DNA of 64,000 nt from contig CBDUQP010000002.1 in assembly GCA_965369385.1 (NCBI GenBank), positions 783 to 64,782 of the forward strand, read 5' to 3'. Made by a program: the position numbers and the translations under genes. How positions within the stretch are numbered: position 1 is the stretch's first letter; each line of letters begins with the position of its first letter. The notes beneath the pieces are model-generated. The model was not told the DNA's origin and did not search any database. It saw nothing but the letters and a program-made list of their open reading frames with translations. Below, one piece after another: positions 8,720-18,900 of this stretch. This DNA is from an uncultured Phycisphaerales bacterium. GTDB taxonomy: Bacteria > Planctomycetota > Phycisphaerae > SM23-33.

Positions 8720-10501
8720 ATGTCTGATACCACGAAATCCGGAGTGCACTTCCTTTGGTTGCCTATCCTTGCATTCTGCGTGATGGTGAGCCAAGCGTCG
8801 GCCGCTGAATTGCGATTCGGACTGACTGCGGACAATAAGATATGCTACACCGTCGAGTCAGGGGATAAGCTGGAAGTCCTGCAGAACTTCGACGGACGTC
8901 TGAGTTTCATGGGCGATGCCGGGAAGGGTATGCAATGCCTCTTGCGAGATGGTTCAAAAACGCCAAGCGGGAAGATTAGAGTTGGAGGCATAATCGTCAA
9001 GACCGTCGAAGGCCAGGCCAAAGCCCAAGTCAAGATCTTTGTCATCGAAGACGTTTCGAAGAAATACATATCCGGAAGAACCGATTACATAGGACTCGGC
9101 GAACTGGCAAAGGTGCCCTGCCCCCTTCAAAGTTATCAGTACGCGATCACGGAGAACAATGAACTGATCCTGGCCAGGCCGATCCCGGTATTGGCGGCGG
9201 CCCGAGTCCTGAAGGATTTCACTCGCGGGTCTGTGCTGAATGACAAGTTAACCGCTAATCATTTCATGAATGGCAAGTTCGCGATGGTTTCGGGGAAGAT
9301 ATTGCCTGATGGTCGAATTCGTCTACCCGGCAAGCAACCCGCAACTGGCCGGCCGCAGGTTGCCCGGAAAAACGGGAAAACGAAGTTACGAACGGTTATA
9401 CCGTCCAAGGGGCCCGGCATATGGGTGACCGCCATCGGACACTACGGCCAGGCCAAAGATTCGGACGTCATCGTCTACGTGTTAACGGATACGGAATTCG
9501 CCCGGTACGAGAAGAAGCAGACCCCGCTGCGACGTGGCGAAAAAGCGCCGCTGATGCTTCGTAACCTGAAGCCCGGCAGATATCATGTCGGCGTGGAGCA
9601 GCTACTGGACCCTTCCTTCATTCGGCCGAGACTGTTCAAACGACCCGCGGTGGGAGACCTGCTGGCCGGCAAGCCAACGAAAACGCAAGATCCGCTGTCT
9701 GACTACCTTGATGACCGCCCCGCAAAACGCGCTGTGGAGATTCGCGTTGTTTCCGACAGTGACAGCAAGGGCAAAACTGCTTACTATCAGATGAAGTGGT
9801 ATGTTGTCGAGGTTACGGAGAGCCACCTCGTTCCCGTGGTCTGCCTGCTTCTTCAGAAAGGGGTTCCGCTAGACAAACTGGCCGGTGAGTATCCCCGGGA
9901 GCAGCAATTCGACATCACCGCTTCCGAGGAGCTGATGCAGACATTCTGGCGCGGTATTGGCCGGTTCGGACCGGAACTGACGCCAAAGCAGCGGGAGATA
10001 ATCACGCGGCTCTTGCGGCGGGGCGGAAAGGTTTGTCTGCCTGGCGCGAGAACGCCCGCCATCGTTTCCGTTGGACCTGTGGGCAAACCACGCGCTCGGT
10101 TTGGCCTTGGCAATATCAAGCAACCTGGAAAGTCGGATCTGGTGACGCTGAATGAACCGGTTATCGTCGCCGAGTCGACGAATCGGTCCAAACCAGCTAG
10201 CTCATTACCTCGCTTCAAAGAAGAACTGAGAGGCACCAATCAGGTTCAAATCGTTAACCCCAATAAGTTCTCCGTCGAGGTACGTCTTCGCTCGGGAAAC
10301 AAGGGGGCGAATTTCACGGTAGCACCCGAACGCACCGAATCGGTCTTTGTCGGTGACGGCTGTTATGAAGTGTACTTCGTCTATTCGAATCAGCCCAAGG
10401 TGCTGTATCGTGGCGAAAGCGTAAGCCTTCATGGCAGTGGGGTGCGGATCAAACTCGTGCAAGTGGCCGGCGGTAACTACTCTATTCGTAAGGCCCAATA
10501 G
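8720..10501 (+). CDS. Secreted hypothetical protein (593 aa, no recognisable domain)
   Basis: ATG preceded by GGAG (the right-hand direct repeat of the MITE-like element) at -12. N-terminal signal peptide FLWLPILAFCVMVSQASAAE. Long uninterrupted ORF with no matches to families I recognise. Confidence 0.6.
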   Translation: MSDTTKSGVHFLWLPILAFCVMVSQASAAELRFGLTADNKICYTVESGDKLEVLQNFDGRLSFMGDAGKGMQCLLRDGSKTPSGKIRVGGIIVKTVEGQAKAQVKIFVIEDVSKKYISGRTDYIGLGELAKVPCPLQSYQYAITENNELILARPIPVLAAARVLKDFTRGSVLNDKLTANHFMNGKFAMVSGKILPDGRIRLPGKQPATGRPQVARKNGKTKLRTVIPSKGPGIWVTAIGHYGQAKDSDVIVYVLTDTEFARYEKKQTPLRRGEKAPLMLRNLKPGRYHVGVEQLLDPSFIRPRLFKRPAVGDLLAGKPTKTQDPLSDYLDDRPAKRAVEIRVVSDSDSKGKTAYYQMKWYVVEVTESHLVPVVCLLLQKGVPLDKLAGEYPREQQFDITASEELMQTFWRGIGRFGPELTPKQREIITRLLRRGGKVCLPGARTPAIVSVGPVGKPRARFGLGNIKQPGKSDLVTLNEPVIVAESTNRSKPASSLPRFKEELRGTNQVQIVNPNKFSVEVRLRSGNKGANFTVAPERTESVFVGDGCYEVYFVYSNQPKVLYRGESVSLHGSGVRIKLVQVAGGNYSIRKAQ

Positions 10502-10509
10502 GCCCGTCG

Positions 10510-11548
10510 TCAGCCTTCGCTATTGGGGCCGGCGAGCGTGGAGCCTTCTTCGAATTCACCCGGCAGGATGAGCCTGGACCTGCATGGCTTGTCCGGGGAT
10601 TCCAATCGCCCCAGCAACATGGCCGCGGCCTCGTAGCCCATGTCGTAGCGGGCGTAGCTCATTCGCGTCAGTGCCGGCCAGATAACTTCCATGAAGTGAT
10701 CGCCATCGCAACACGCCAGACCGTAGTGAACGCCCGGCAGCATACCGCGTGTCTGCATAACGTCACGAGTCCAGGCGGCGTATGACGGCGATTGTGCGAT
10801 CACGGCCACATCCGGAGCAAGCAGCGATGCAAGCTCGTCGCTTCGCCCTTCGGCATCTTCGCGTCGCTGTGCGGTGAACTCTCGCACTTCGAGCCCCGCT
10901 TCGGCTGCCCCCGAGATTACACCGCGGTATCTCGCCTGGGCGGAGTAGTGAGGTTGCAGGCCACCTTCGGTGGTTTCCATATCGAACGAATACCAGAGGA
11001 TACTGCTGTAGCCCTTCTCCGCGGCCGCCAGCGCCAGCGTCCTGCCGACAGTCAACTCGTCACGCCTCACGCATCCCTCATCCCGCCAGACATTGTTGTC
11101 CAGCCAGATGCACCTGTCCTTGAACTCTTCATCCACGCGGGCGGTCACCTTATCGGACAAGACATCGAGCAGGATGATCCCATCCAGGACATGCTCCTCG
11201 AAGATGCGAGAATGCGTCCCGTCGCGGGTATCGCTGATCCTTATAAGCCCCATATACCCCTGAGCGTTGAGGCAGTCGTTAATGCCGAGAAAGAACTCGT
11301 ACGCCGGCAGGTACTTGAAGCGTTTCTTGCCAGGCTCGCTTCGGGGCAGGACGCCTATGGCCTTCGTTTTGCCGGTTCGCATCGCCCGGGCGACCAGGTT
11401 CGGGCGGTAATTCATATCCCTGGCTGCATCGAGCACCAGCTTCTTCGTCTCGTCCCGGAATCTACCGCGATTGTTCAGCACGTGGCTGACGGTCGGCAGC
11501 GAAAGGCCGGTCTTCTGGGCGAGTTGTTTTGAGTGTTACGCGGGCCAT
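10510..11548 (-). pseudogene. LacI-family transcriptional regulator interrupted by a 1-bp insertion (frameshift) in an A4 run just after the start codon
   Basis: ATG at 11548-11546 gives MARVTLKTTRPEDRPFAADRQPRAEQSR*. A -1 shift after MARVTLK restores ..QLAQKTGLSLPTVSHVLNNRGRFRDETKKLVLDAARDMNYRPNLVARAMRTGKTKAIGVL.., near-identical to the intact paralog at 17847-18887. The shift is in the CTCAAAACAACTC run (plus-strand TTTT 11527-11530). The ORF track's 10510-11481 is the internal GTG-initiated remainder. Confidence 0.7.
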
Positions 11549-11569
11549 GGCTACAAATCCTCTGTCTGA

Positions 11570-11586
11570 CGATAATAACGTTATAT
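11570..11586. promoter_or_regulatory. Candidate LacI-type operator, palindrome GATAATAACGTTATATC (perfect 10-bp core ATAACGTTAT)
   Basis: Read from the sequence, ~22 bp upstream of the LacI-1 ATG. Related AACGTT-centred palindromes occur at 18901-18924 and 12661-12689. Confidence 0.45.
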
Positions 11587-11717
11587 CAATTATATCGCTA
11601 TTCCGGGTAAGCACAAGCTCATTCCCGGCCGCCGATGGCCTCGCCCGGCGGCGGCCAGCGCACAGCAACGCCTCGCAGTTGCCCGCGAGGCGTTGGTATA
11701 TTGGCGAAAGGGGGATA

Positions 11718-12393
11718 TCAGAAGCTGCGTTTACGGCGAAGCAGCGTCAGCAGCCCGCCAAGGCCCAGCAGGCTCATCGTGGCCGGCTCGGGGACGGCGT
11801 CACATCGTATCTCACTCAGGCCGGCAATCGTGCTACCGTAACTGGTTGTGATGTTGAATTTGACCAAGCGGGCGTCGGCCGCGGCAGAGAAGCTGCTCAG
11901 ATCAATCGTCTGTCCGAAGTCAACGTAGTGCAGCCCAGGGGCTTCTGTGAACGTGAAGTTGCCCAGCGATGTGAAGGCGCCGCCTACGCTGGAGGCTATA
12001 AGGATTTCCACGTTGTTCGCCCCCCGGTCCGTCATGCCGAGTTCGTTGTAGTTCCACACCTTGAATGAATCCAAATCGTAGTTGGCTTCAAGATCAAAAG
12101 TGATGTCCACCGGCAGGAGATCATCAGGATCACCGAACGTGGCGTATGTAACCCACATGGTGCCTGCGGTGCCCGGCAACTATGGTGTGGTAACATGGAA
12201 GCCCGTAGCCTCGTCGAATCCGCTCCCGTCAACGACATGAATGCCAGTGCGATCTTAGCTGCCGGCCAGGACCAGTTCGGATGAGACGCCTTCGATGGTG
12301 ACTCCCGTAATCGTCTGGCCATAGACCGATGAACCACCAAGTGCCGAGATCACGGCCAATATGCAACATAACAGCGATGCGAATCTCTTCATT
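11718..12393 (-). pseudogene. PEP-CTERM-anchored exported protein with two in-frame stop codons (TAA 12256-12258, TAG 12181-12183) in an otherwise continuous frame
   Basis: Manual translation: MKRFASLLCCILAVISALGGSSVYGQTITGVTIEGVSSELVLAGS*DRTGIHVVDGSGFDEATGFHVTTP*LPGTAGTMWVTYATFGDPDD...AVPEPATMSLLGLGGLLTLLRRKRSF. It has a signal peptide at the N-terminus and a PEP-CTERM sorting signal at the C-terminus, with the same frame throughout. The ORF track only shows the 153-aa tail (11718-12179). Confidence 0.6.
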
Positions 12394-12660
12394 TTACGCT
12401 CCTCTCATATCATATGAACCAAATCGTGGCCCAACCCTTGTGGCAGGGCACACATCCTTGATTAGCACGACAGCGCTAGATTTGGCGATTGCGCCCTTGG
12501 CCGGAACGTAGTTGCAGGAGTTACGTCGCGTTCGCACCTGATGGTCTTGCCAAGACAAACGACTTACGAAGAAGTAGCGCTGTCGTGTTAGAGAAGTAGA
12601 ACGTTGAATCGCCATCGCGATTTGCCTCTGCATCGAGGTAACGAGCTAGTGCTATGTAGA

Positions 12661-12689
12661 TACAACGCTATACCAATACAACGTTATAT
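12661..12689. promoter_or_regulatory. Two adjacent AACG(T/C)T half-palindromic sites (TACAACGCTATA / TACAACGTTATAT), candidate LacI-type operators upstream of the PEP-CTERM gene
   Basis: Sequence similarity to the ATAACGTTAT operators at the two LacI paralogs. Confidence 0.3.
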
Positions 12690-12945
12690 TAATCGTGAAT
12701 TGCAATTCTGTCAAGGCGCAATTCGGTGACAGTCTCATCGCCAAGAATCGCCAAACCCGCCAGCGTCAGATACGCCTGGGCCGACAACCCCATCTGCAAT
12801 CTCTACAACCGCGAAAACCTGCCCGCCTGCCCGTTTAGAACAGATGCAGACTAACCTGAATCTGACCTGCCCAACGAGCAACAGCCCCCTTGCCGAGACA
12901 TCATGAGTCGCGGCCGAGGGGCTGTTCTGATCAACGATCCGGGTA

Positions 12946-15900
12946 TCACTTCGCCAGTTGGGCTGATGCGCCGATGATGAAGGAGATTGTGTTGTTGGTC
13001 TTCGCACTGACGATATCGATCGTCTTGATCTCGACTTTCGGGCGGGGATTCTTCCACTTGAGCATATAGGCGCAGATCGGCATCTGAATCTCGTTGCGAC
13101 CCACCCAAGCCACCTGAGCGTTCTTGTCCTTCGATGGAAGCGGCACGAACCACCAGTTTCTCATGTGAGTGCCATACTTCACGGGCACCATCGCAGTCTT
13201 CCCGTCAGCATAGTTGATCTGAAAACTGAAACATGTCTTGCCCACACCAGCCGACCAGCCGCAACCGAACATGAAGTACAACGCCTTTGCCTTTACGCGG
13301 CACTCTATCCCGTCAAGGCGATTAGGAAGGTTAGGAGTGTGCTTACCTCGCAATACAGCCAACCCGCTGATATTGAACGGTATACCTTTGAACTTCACAC
13401 GCTCGCCAAGTGGCAGTTGTGCGAGATTATTGATTCCGTTCACCAGCTTTGTTTCGTCGGTCCCATCTATCTCGGCATGCGTACTGTGATTCGCAACCGG
13501 CTTCATCGACAGCGGCTTGAACGTCCCAGTGACGGCTGACTTGCGATTGTCGAAGGCGGAGAAACCAGCTCCAACGTTTGAAAGCAGCGCGACGGCGTAG
13601 TTCTTGCCCACGCCCACTGCATCTTCAAGGTGCCAGTTCACCTGGTCCAGAATAAGCCTGCCCTTGCCTACCCTCATGCATGCTAACGCCACTGAGGTCT
13701 TCTTCAAGGCGTCTTCCACTTTCCCAGTAACGTGCATCCACTTATCCGGCGTCACTACAAGCACATCGTCATCGGCAATGCCCGACAATACGTAGCTGCA
13801 TATGGGAGCGACAACTCTGGTACAGTCTGCGCGCGGGCCGTATCCGTCCCAGTTGCCCACACGCCACCACAAGTCGTATTGCCCCATGCCGCTGGTAAGA
13901 TTGCTGTCGGCAACTCTCACGCCCTGATGGGGAACGATTGCCTTCGCCGCCACCTTTGGCCCGCCAAGAGCAGCCACGAGATTAACATTTCGGTCTGTCA
14001 GATTACGAAGGATTACCGTGCCGCCATTGTGCAGATACTTCCGCAAGGCGGCAACCATATCAGGCGACTTCACATCTTCGCTCTGAGCGATAAGCACCTT
14101 GTACTTGCCGAGCCTCTTCAAACCGTCAATTTCCAGCGGCATGGTGTACTTCAGCCCAAGCTGATCGCAGCGTGTCTTGATCCTTGTATTGGTAGATGCC
14201 ACAAGGCCAATGCGTTTGGGCGTTGGATTTCGCCTGCCAAGATAAACCAGCATGTTCTGCAGAAGCTTTCGGGCGACTGGGTCAGATCGCAACTTCTCAG
14301 CCACCAGCATCTGGCACCAAATCACACGCCCCTTGCCCTCGAATGTCTCCATCAGTGCCGGCCAGCGAAGGCCGAGGGGATCACCGGCTTGGGCGATCAC
14401 ACGGTAATTCCCCTGTGTGGTCGGAATCATCCCGCGAGCCACCCAATGATCCTCGCCCCACCATCGCAGATCCTGCGACTTCAGCCCTGACAGGATCGGA
14501 TGATCAGTGCGGCTGGCGAACGTGATGGTTGCATTGCTGTTGAATATGCGCGTGGTTCGGCCGGGTTTGCGAAGGCGAATATGCGAAGTCTTGTTCTGAC
14601 GCAACACTATCACATTTCCGCCGCGATCCAGAAACTTGCCTAGTGAGGGCCTATTGATCTGTGAATTCCACTCGACATCGTCAGTCAGACCCGGCCCAAC
14701 GATAACCAGATCCAAACGCTTGATCGATTTGGCGTCGAGCGTCTTGAGTGACTTGAACTTCACGCCTGTCTTGCGGGCATCTTTGGCAAACGTGCCCTTG
14801 GGATCGTACACGCCTATCCGCATCCGCCACGGAGTCGTGATCCCGCGATACGGAAACACCGTCACCTTGCGAGACGACTTGCTCCACTGCTTCTTGCCGG
14901 CACTAACGCTCGCCCGCCACACATAGCCTGTGCGTTTCTTTGCCTTCGGCGCATCGAACTCGATGGTGATGTATTTGATCTCGCCTGCAGGCATGTCATA
15001 CGTTTGGGTGCGAGACAATACGGGTGGGGCGCCAGGATTATCGCTGGGCACTAGCTGCCAATTGACCGCGAGCTTCTGCGGGTACCACACCTCGTTAGCC
15101 AGTCCGAAATGCAGCTTCACCTTGCGGCCGCTGATGAAATTCTGGTTATAGTTCTTCGCCAGCAGCTTAACAGGCTCGGCCACGCGGCTGTTGTACGGCT
15201 TGACGGCAGGGTCGGCTGGGTTGATCACCGCGATATTGCTCATGCGGTAGATATCGGTGTGAATGCGATTGTTGTCTCTGATTATGGGATTGCCACGATA
15301 GTACGGCCCGGCGAGATAGAAGTCTTCCCCGCCGAATGCCGCATAGCTGCCATTGGGCCCGCGGAAGCTATTAAAAAAATCCTCGCCGACGATCACCGGC
15401 TTGTCGCGCTTGCCGTACTTCTCGCTGCTGCCGGCGTGATGATTATCCTTGAGCCACCAGAAATCATTTGGCACGTACCAGCGCGAAGCCAGGTTCGACG
15501 GATAGTGCCAATCGCGGAACGCAGACAGACCCCATGAATCGTCGCCGGCGGCCATCGTCACAAAACTGCTCTTGTCGGTATCTCTCAGAATGCGGAAGAT
15601 ATCCTTGTAGTGCTTCGCCGGCGGCCAGGCGGGTTTGTCCCACTTCCCAAACGGGACAGACTCGTTGGCGATACCGTATGCAATCACGGAGGGATGGTTT
15701 CGGCTTGCCTTTGCAATGCGGCGGTTGAGTTCCTTGAACGCCTTCCAGTAGCCATCGCTCATCGTGTAGTTGGCGGTCAGCCACATTTCGTTTTCCTGCC
15801 AGATCAGCATACCGAGCTTGTCGGCCTCTTCCAGCAGTTCAGGCGATGCGGGCACACAGTGCCAACGAAGGCAGTTCAACCCCCAACTCTTGTACTGCTT

Positions 15901-16911
15901 CATTTGGTGGCGGACGGAACCTCGGTCAGTACGTATCCAGGCCAGCCCCTCGGTCTGCCGACGAATCGGTGCTCGCACGCCGTTGAAGCGGATTATTGTG
16001 CCATCGACCCATGCCTCGCGGAAACCAAAACGCGTGAGCTTCTCGTCAACGGTCCTGCCGCCGACTTTCAGCACGGTCTTGAAATCATACAGGTACGGAT
16101 CGTGCGGGAACCACAGGTGCGGCCGGGCCCATGGCTTCTCGATGGTGACGGTCTTGGTCTCGCCTGGTTTGAGTCTGACGCCGCTCGAAGGCATGGCAAG
16201 CGCTACGTTCTTTCCGTCGGCAATGACGGCTGAATTCAGCGTTACCTGCTGCGGAACAGCCGACTTGTTCGTAATCTCAACTTCGGCGATCAGCTTCTTC
16301 TTGCGGAACGATGGTCGAACGTAGACATCGCTGACGTGCACGTTTGGGTGCGACTTGATCCAGGCTTCGTAATACAGGCCGGTACCGCGCTTACTGACAA
16401 ACACGTTCGGCAGGGACCAGGGCCTGCCACCTGTTTTCGTGGCACACACGCGGGCACTTTCCATGCCGATCAAGATCTCATTGTCCTGACCAAACCTGAT
16501 GTGCTTCGTAATATCCGACGCCCACGGGACGCAGATGAATGAGTTTTCGCCGATGTACTGCCCGTTCACGTACAGCATGGATCGAAAACCGATACCATTG
16601 AAGACGGCTTCGACTCTGCCGGGGCTCATGGTGGCTGGGATTTGCACTACCTTGCGATACCACACGCGATCCGCACCCGCCGATGCTCCACTGAAACCGT
16701 GAGGCGTCTTCACCTGCCGCCACTTGGTCTTGCTCACGTCAGGCATGACGAGCTTGTTGCCTGCACTCTGGGTCCATGCCTGCCATGCACCGTTCAGGCT
16801 GACCTTGTCGCGAAATCGCGAACCAGTCGCACTATCCGCCCGAACCCCACAAGCGGACAACAGCAGGCACGCCAATGCAATTACCCCGACAAAACTCGAT
16901 CGCATCTTCAT
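12946..16911 (-). CDS. Glycoside hydrolase family 2 protein (beta-galactosidase/beta-mannosidase-like) with a large C-terminal extension, secreted
   Basis: GH2 sugar-binding and TIM-barrel regions (..LNGAWQ.., ..WGLNCLRWHCVPASPELLEEADKLGMLIWQE.., acid/base ..GIANES..). The likely start is MKMRSSFVGVIALACLLLSACG (signal peptide) at 16911, preceded by GGGAGA. The ORF track's 16965 start would add 18 non-signal residues. About 1320 aa. Confidence 0.75.
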   Translation of the reverse strand: MKMRSSFVGVIALACLLLSACGVRADSATGSRFRDKVSLNGAWQAWTQSAGNKLVMPDVSKTKWRQVKTPHGFSGASAGADRVWYRKVVQIPATMSPGRVEAVFNGIGFRSMLYVNGQYIGENSFICVPWASDITKHIRFGQDNEILIGMESARVCATKTGGRPWSLPNVFVSKRGTGLYYEAWIKSHPNVHVSDVYVRPSFRKKKLIAEVEITNKSAVPQQVTLNSAVIADGKNVALAMPSSGVRLKPGETKTVTIEKPWARPHLWFPHDPYLYDFKTVLKVGGRTVDEKLTRFGFREAWVDGTIIRFNGVRAPIRRQTEGLAWIRTDRGSVRHQMKQYKSWGLNCLRWHCVPASPELLEEADKLGMLIWQENEMWLTANYTMSDGYWKAFKELNRRIAKASRNHPSVIAYGIANESVPFGKWDKPAWPPAKHYKDIFRILRDTDKSSFVTMAAGDDSWGLSAFRDWHYPSNLASRWYVPNDFWWLKDNHHAGSSEKYGKRDKPVIVGEDFFNSFRGPNGSYAAFGGEDFYLAGPYYRGNPIIRDNNRIHTDIYRMSNIAVINPADPAVKPYNSRVAEPVKLLAKNYNQNFISGRKVKLHFGLANEVWYPQKLAVNWQLVPSDNPGAPPVLSRTQTYDMPAGEIKYITIEFDAPKAKKRTGYVWRASVSAGKKQWSKSSRKVTVFPYRGITTPWRMRIGVYDPKGTFAKDARKTGVKFKSLKTLDAKSIKRLDLVIVGPGLTDDVEWNSQINRPSLGKFLDRGGNVIVLRQNKTSHIRLRKPGRTTRIFNSNATITFASRTDHPILSGLKSQDLRWWGEDHWVARGMIPTTQGNYRVIAQAGDPLGLRWPALMETFEGKGRVIWCQMLVAEKLRSDPVARKLLQNMLVYLGRRNPTPKRIGLVASTNTRIKTRCDQLGLKYTMPLEIDGLKRLGKYKVLIAQSEDVKSPDMVAALRKYLHNGGTVILRNLTDRNVNLVAALGGPKVAAKAIVPHQGVRVADSNLTSGMGQYDLWWRVGNWDGYGPRADCTRVVAPICSYVLSGIADDDVLVVTPDKWMHVTGKVEDALKKTSVALACMRVGKGRLILDQVNWHLEDAVGVGKNYAVALLSNVGAGFSAFDNRKSAVTGTFKPLSMKPVANHSTHAEIDGTDETKLVNGINNLAQLPLGERVKFKGIPFNISGLAVLRGKHTPNLPNRLDGIECRVKAKALYFMFGCGWSAGVGKTCFSFQINYADGKTAMVPVKYGTHMRNWWFVPLPSKDKNAQVAWVGRNEIQMPICAYMLKWKNPRPKVEIKTIDIVSAKTNNTISFIIGASAQLAK

Positions 16912-17057
16912 CTTAATCTCCCGTATGTTCCGAGTGCGGACAACCCGCAAGCCGCCCCTTGGCATAGCGTGATAGGCGCAGGTATGTATCTGTGGAATTC
17001 AGTCGTGCGTAAAGCAAAACGCAGGCGGATTCAAATCGCGGTTGTCCCGCCGCTTAG

Positions 17058-17786
17058 TTACGGCCTGACCAATGGCCCCCAGGGGATAGTGACGCCAGGC
17101 GCACCCGTACCCCACCCCAGTGGGGTCGCGGTAGCTTCATCCAGAGGACGTAAACTACCGTCAGCATAGGTGAAGTTGCATTTGTTCGCATGCCTGTATG
17201 CCGGCCATTGGCCCCAACGGAATATCGTCATGGCGGCACCGGTGGGAGGAGGGCTAAAAGAATAGGGATTGGTGACGTCATTGGATATGTCGCCAAGCAT
17301 CGCCAACTCCGACGGATTCCGAAGATCGCTCTCGTTAATCTTGTAGCACATTTCATTATCGGGGTTGGAGGGAACAGGATCGGGTATGCGGGGGGCCAAC
17401 CAGTAATTATAGCCGATATCCATGCTCCGGCAGGGGCCGTATTCACGCTTGACCGACGGACACCTGATAAGCCATCGGGTGGACTCGTAATATTCCTCTT
17501 CACCGAGCGGCAGTATGCACCAGGGCAGGCCCGACCCTGTATATCCACCAAAGCCATCGTTACCTCGCCAGAGACCGTTGGTTTCCGAAGGCGGATAGTT
17601 ACCGTTGTTATCCCTCACGTAGTCGACTAACCGCAACCCCAGAGCACGATGATGGCTCATGCACTCGACCCCTCGCGCCATATCCAGAGCACGGTTAACC
17701 GCGGGCAATAGCAGCGACGCGAGAATAGCAATAATCGCGATCACCACAAGTAACTCTATTAGTGTGAATGCTTGTCGTTTAATCAT
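17058..17786 (-). CDS. Prepilin-type N-terminal cleavage/methylation domain protein, DUF1559 (H-x9-DG) family
   Basis: [30 protein letters not shown] pseudopilin N-terminus and C-terminal [14 protein letters not shown] (H-x9-DG). Family abundant in Planctomycetota/Lentisphaerota/Kiritimatiellota. Confidence 0.85.
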   Translation of the reverse strand: MIKRQAFTLIELLVVIAIIAILASLLLPAVNRALDMARGVECMSHHRALGLRLVDYVRDNNGNYPPSETNGLWRGNDGFGGYTGSGLPWCILPLGEEEYYESTRWLIRCPSVKREYGPCRSMDIGYNYWLAPRIPDPVPSNPDNEMCYKINESDLRNPSELAMLGDISNDVTNPYSFSPPPTGAAMTIFRWGQWPAYRHANKCNFTYADGSLRPLDEATATPLGWGTGAPGVTIPWGPLVRP

Positions 17787-17846
17787 CTTTGCACCTCTTC
17801 AATCTCTTTGCCTTTGCAGGACAATAGCCCGTCAAAAGCAGGCCAG

Positions 17847-18887
17847 TCAGGATTCCATCTGGGGGCCAGGAAGCGTAGACCCCTCCTCAAATTCACCGGG
17901 CAGTACCAATCTCGACCTGCACGGTTCGTTCGGTGATTCCAATCGTCCAAGCAGCATGGACGCTGCCTCGCGGCCCATGTCATAGCGGGCATAAGCCATC
18001 CGCGTCAGCGCCGGCCATGTGTCTTCCAGATAGTGATCGCCATCGCAACACGCCAGACCATAGTGAACACCCGCCAGCATACCACGCAACTCCATCACAT
18101 CACGAGTCCAGCAAGCAAACGATGGTGCATGGGTGATCACGGCCGTGTCGGATGTGATCAGCGATGCCAGCTGGTCGCCCCCGGCTTCGGCATCTTCGCG
18201 CAACTCCGAAGTGAACTCGTGCACTTCAAGCCCTGCTTGCCTGGCACCTTCCAGCACTCCACGACGCCTGGCCCCGGTAGAATAGTGACGCGGTGAACCT
18301 TCGCAAATTGAATCAAGGTCCGAGGAATACCAGACGATGCTGCGATAGCCTTTCTCCGCGGCCTTCAAAGCCAGCGTCCGGCCAACAGCTTCCTCGTCAC
18401 GCCTTATGCACCCGGCATCCCGCCAGACATTGTTGTCCAGCCAGATGCAACTTTCATTGAACTCATCGTCCACGCGTCGGCTCACATCATCCGGCAAGAC
18501 ATCAATCAGGATAATCCCGTCCACCGCATGCTCCTCGAACACGCGCGAACGCGACCCGTCGCGGACATCGCCAATCCTCACAAGACACAACACATATCCC
18601 TCGGCATCGAGACGGTCGTTTATGCCCAGAAGGAATTCGTACGCCGGGAGGTACTGAAAGAGTTTGTGCCCTGGCTCGTTGCGAGTCAGCACACCAACAG
18701 CCTTCGTCTTGCCAGTCCGCATAGCCAGGGCAGCCAAATTCGGCTTGTAGCCCAACTCACTGGCGGCAGCTAGAACCAGCTTCTTCGTCCTGTCGCGATA
18801 GTTCCCACGCTCGTTCAGCACGTGACTAACCGTCGGCTGCGAGAGCCCTGTCTTCTGGGCGATCTGCTTGAGTGTTACGCGAGCCAT
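17847..18887 (-). CDS. LacI-family transcriptional regulator (intact paralog)
   Basis: MARVTLKQIAQKTGLSQPTVSHVLNERGNYRDRTKKLVLAAASELGYKPNLAALAMRTGKTKAVGVL.. HTH plus periplasmic-binding-fold effector domain. The ORF track begins at TTG 18902. ATG 18887 with AGAGGA at -12 is the more likely start. Confidence 0.8.
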   Translation of the reverse strand: MARVTLKQIAQKTGLSQPTVSHVLNERGNYRDRTKKLVLAAASELGYKPNLAALAMRTGKTKAVGVLTRNEPGHKLFQYLPAYEFLLGINDRLDAEGYVLCLVRIGDVRDGSRSRVFEEHAVDGIILIDVLPDDVSRRVDDEFNESCIWLDNNVWRDAGCIRRDEEAVGRTLALKAAEKGYRSIVWYSSDLDSICEGSPRHYSTGARRRGVLEGARQAGLEVHEFTSELREDAEAGGDQLASLITSDTAVITHAPSFACWTRDVMELRGMLAGVHYGLACCDGDHYLEDTWPALTRMAYARYDMGREAASMLLGRLESPNEPCRSRLVLPGEFEEGSTLPGPQMES

Positions 18888-18900
18888 AATTCCTCTAATC

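Noticed and set aside
8290-8720. Structured RNA gene (RNase P RNA, tmRNA, SRP RNA or cobalamin riboswitch) in the ORF-free GC-rich region
   Set aside because: Only fragmentary resemblance (e.g. TAAGCCGGG) and none of the extended conserved blocks of these RNAs. The terminal inverted repeats plus 12-bp direct repeats explain the structure better as a MITE-like insertion. Track ORFs 8281-8727, 8400-8783 and 8594-8794 inside it are low-complexity artefacts.
13165-16723. Numerous 60-250-aa ORFs on the plus strand inside the GH2 gene (e.g. 13732-14490, 15610-16233, 15770-16324)
   Set aside because: Embedded in and antisense or out of frame to a 1320-aa GH2 reading frame with clear catalytic motifs. 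Compositionally biased.
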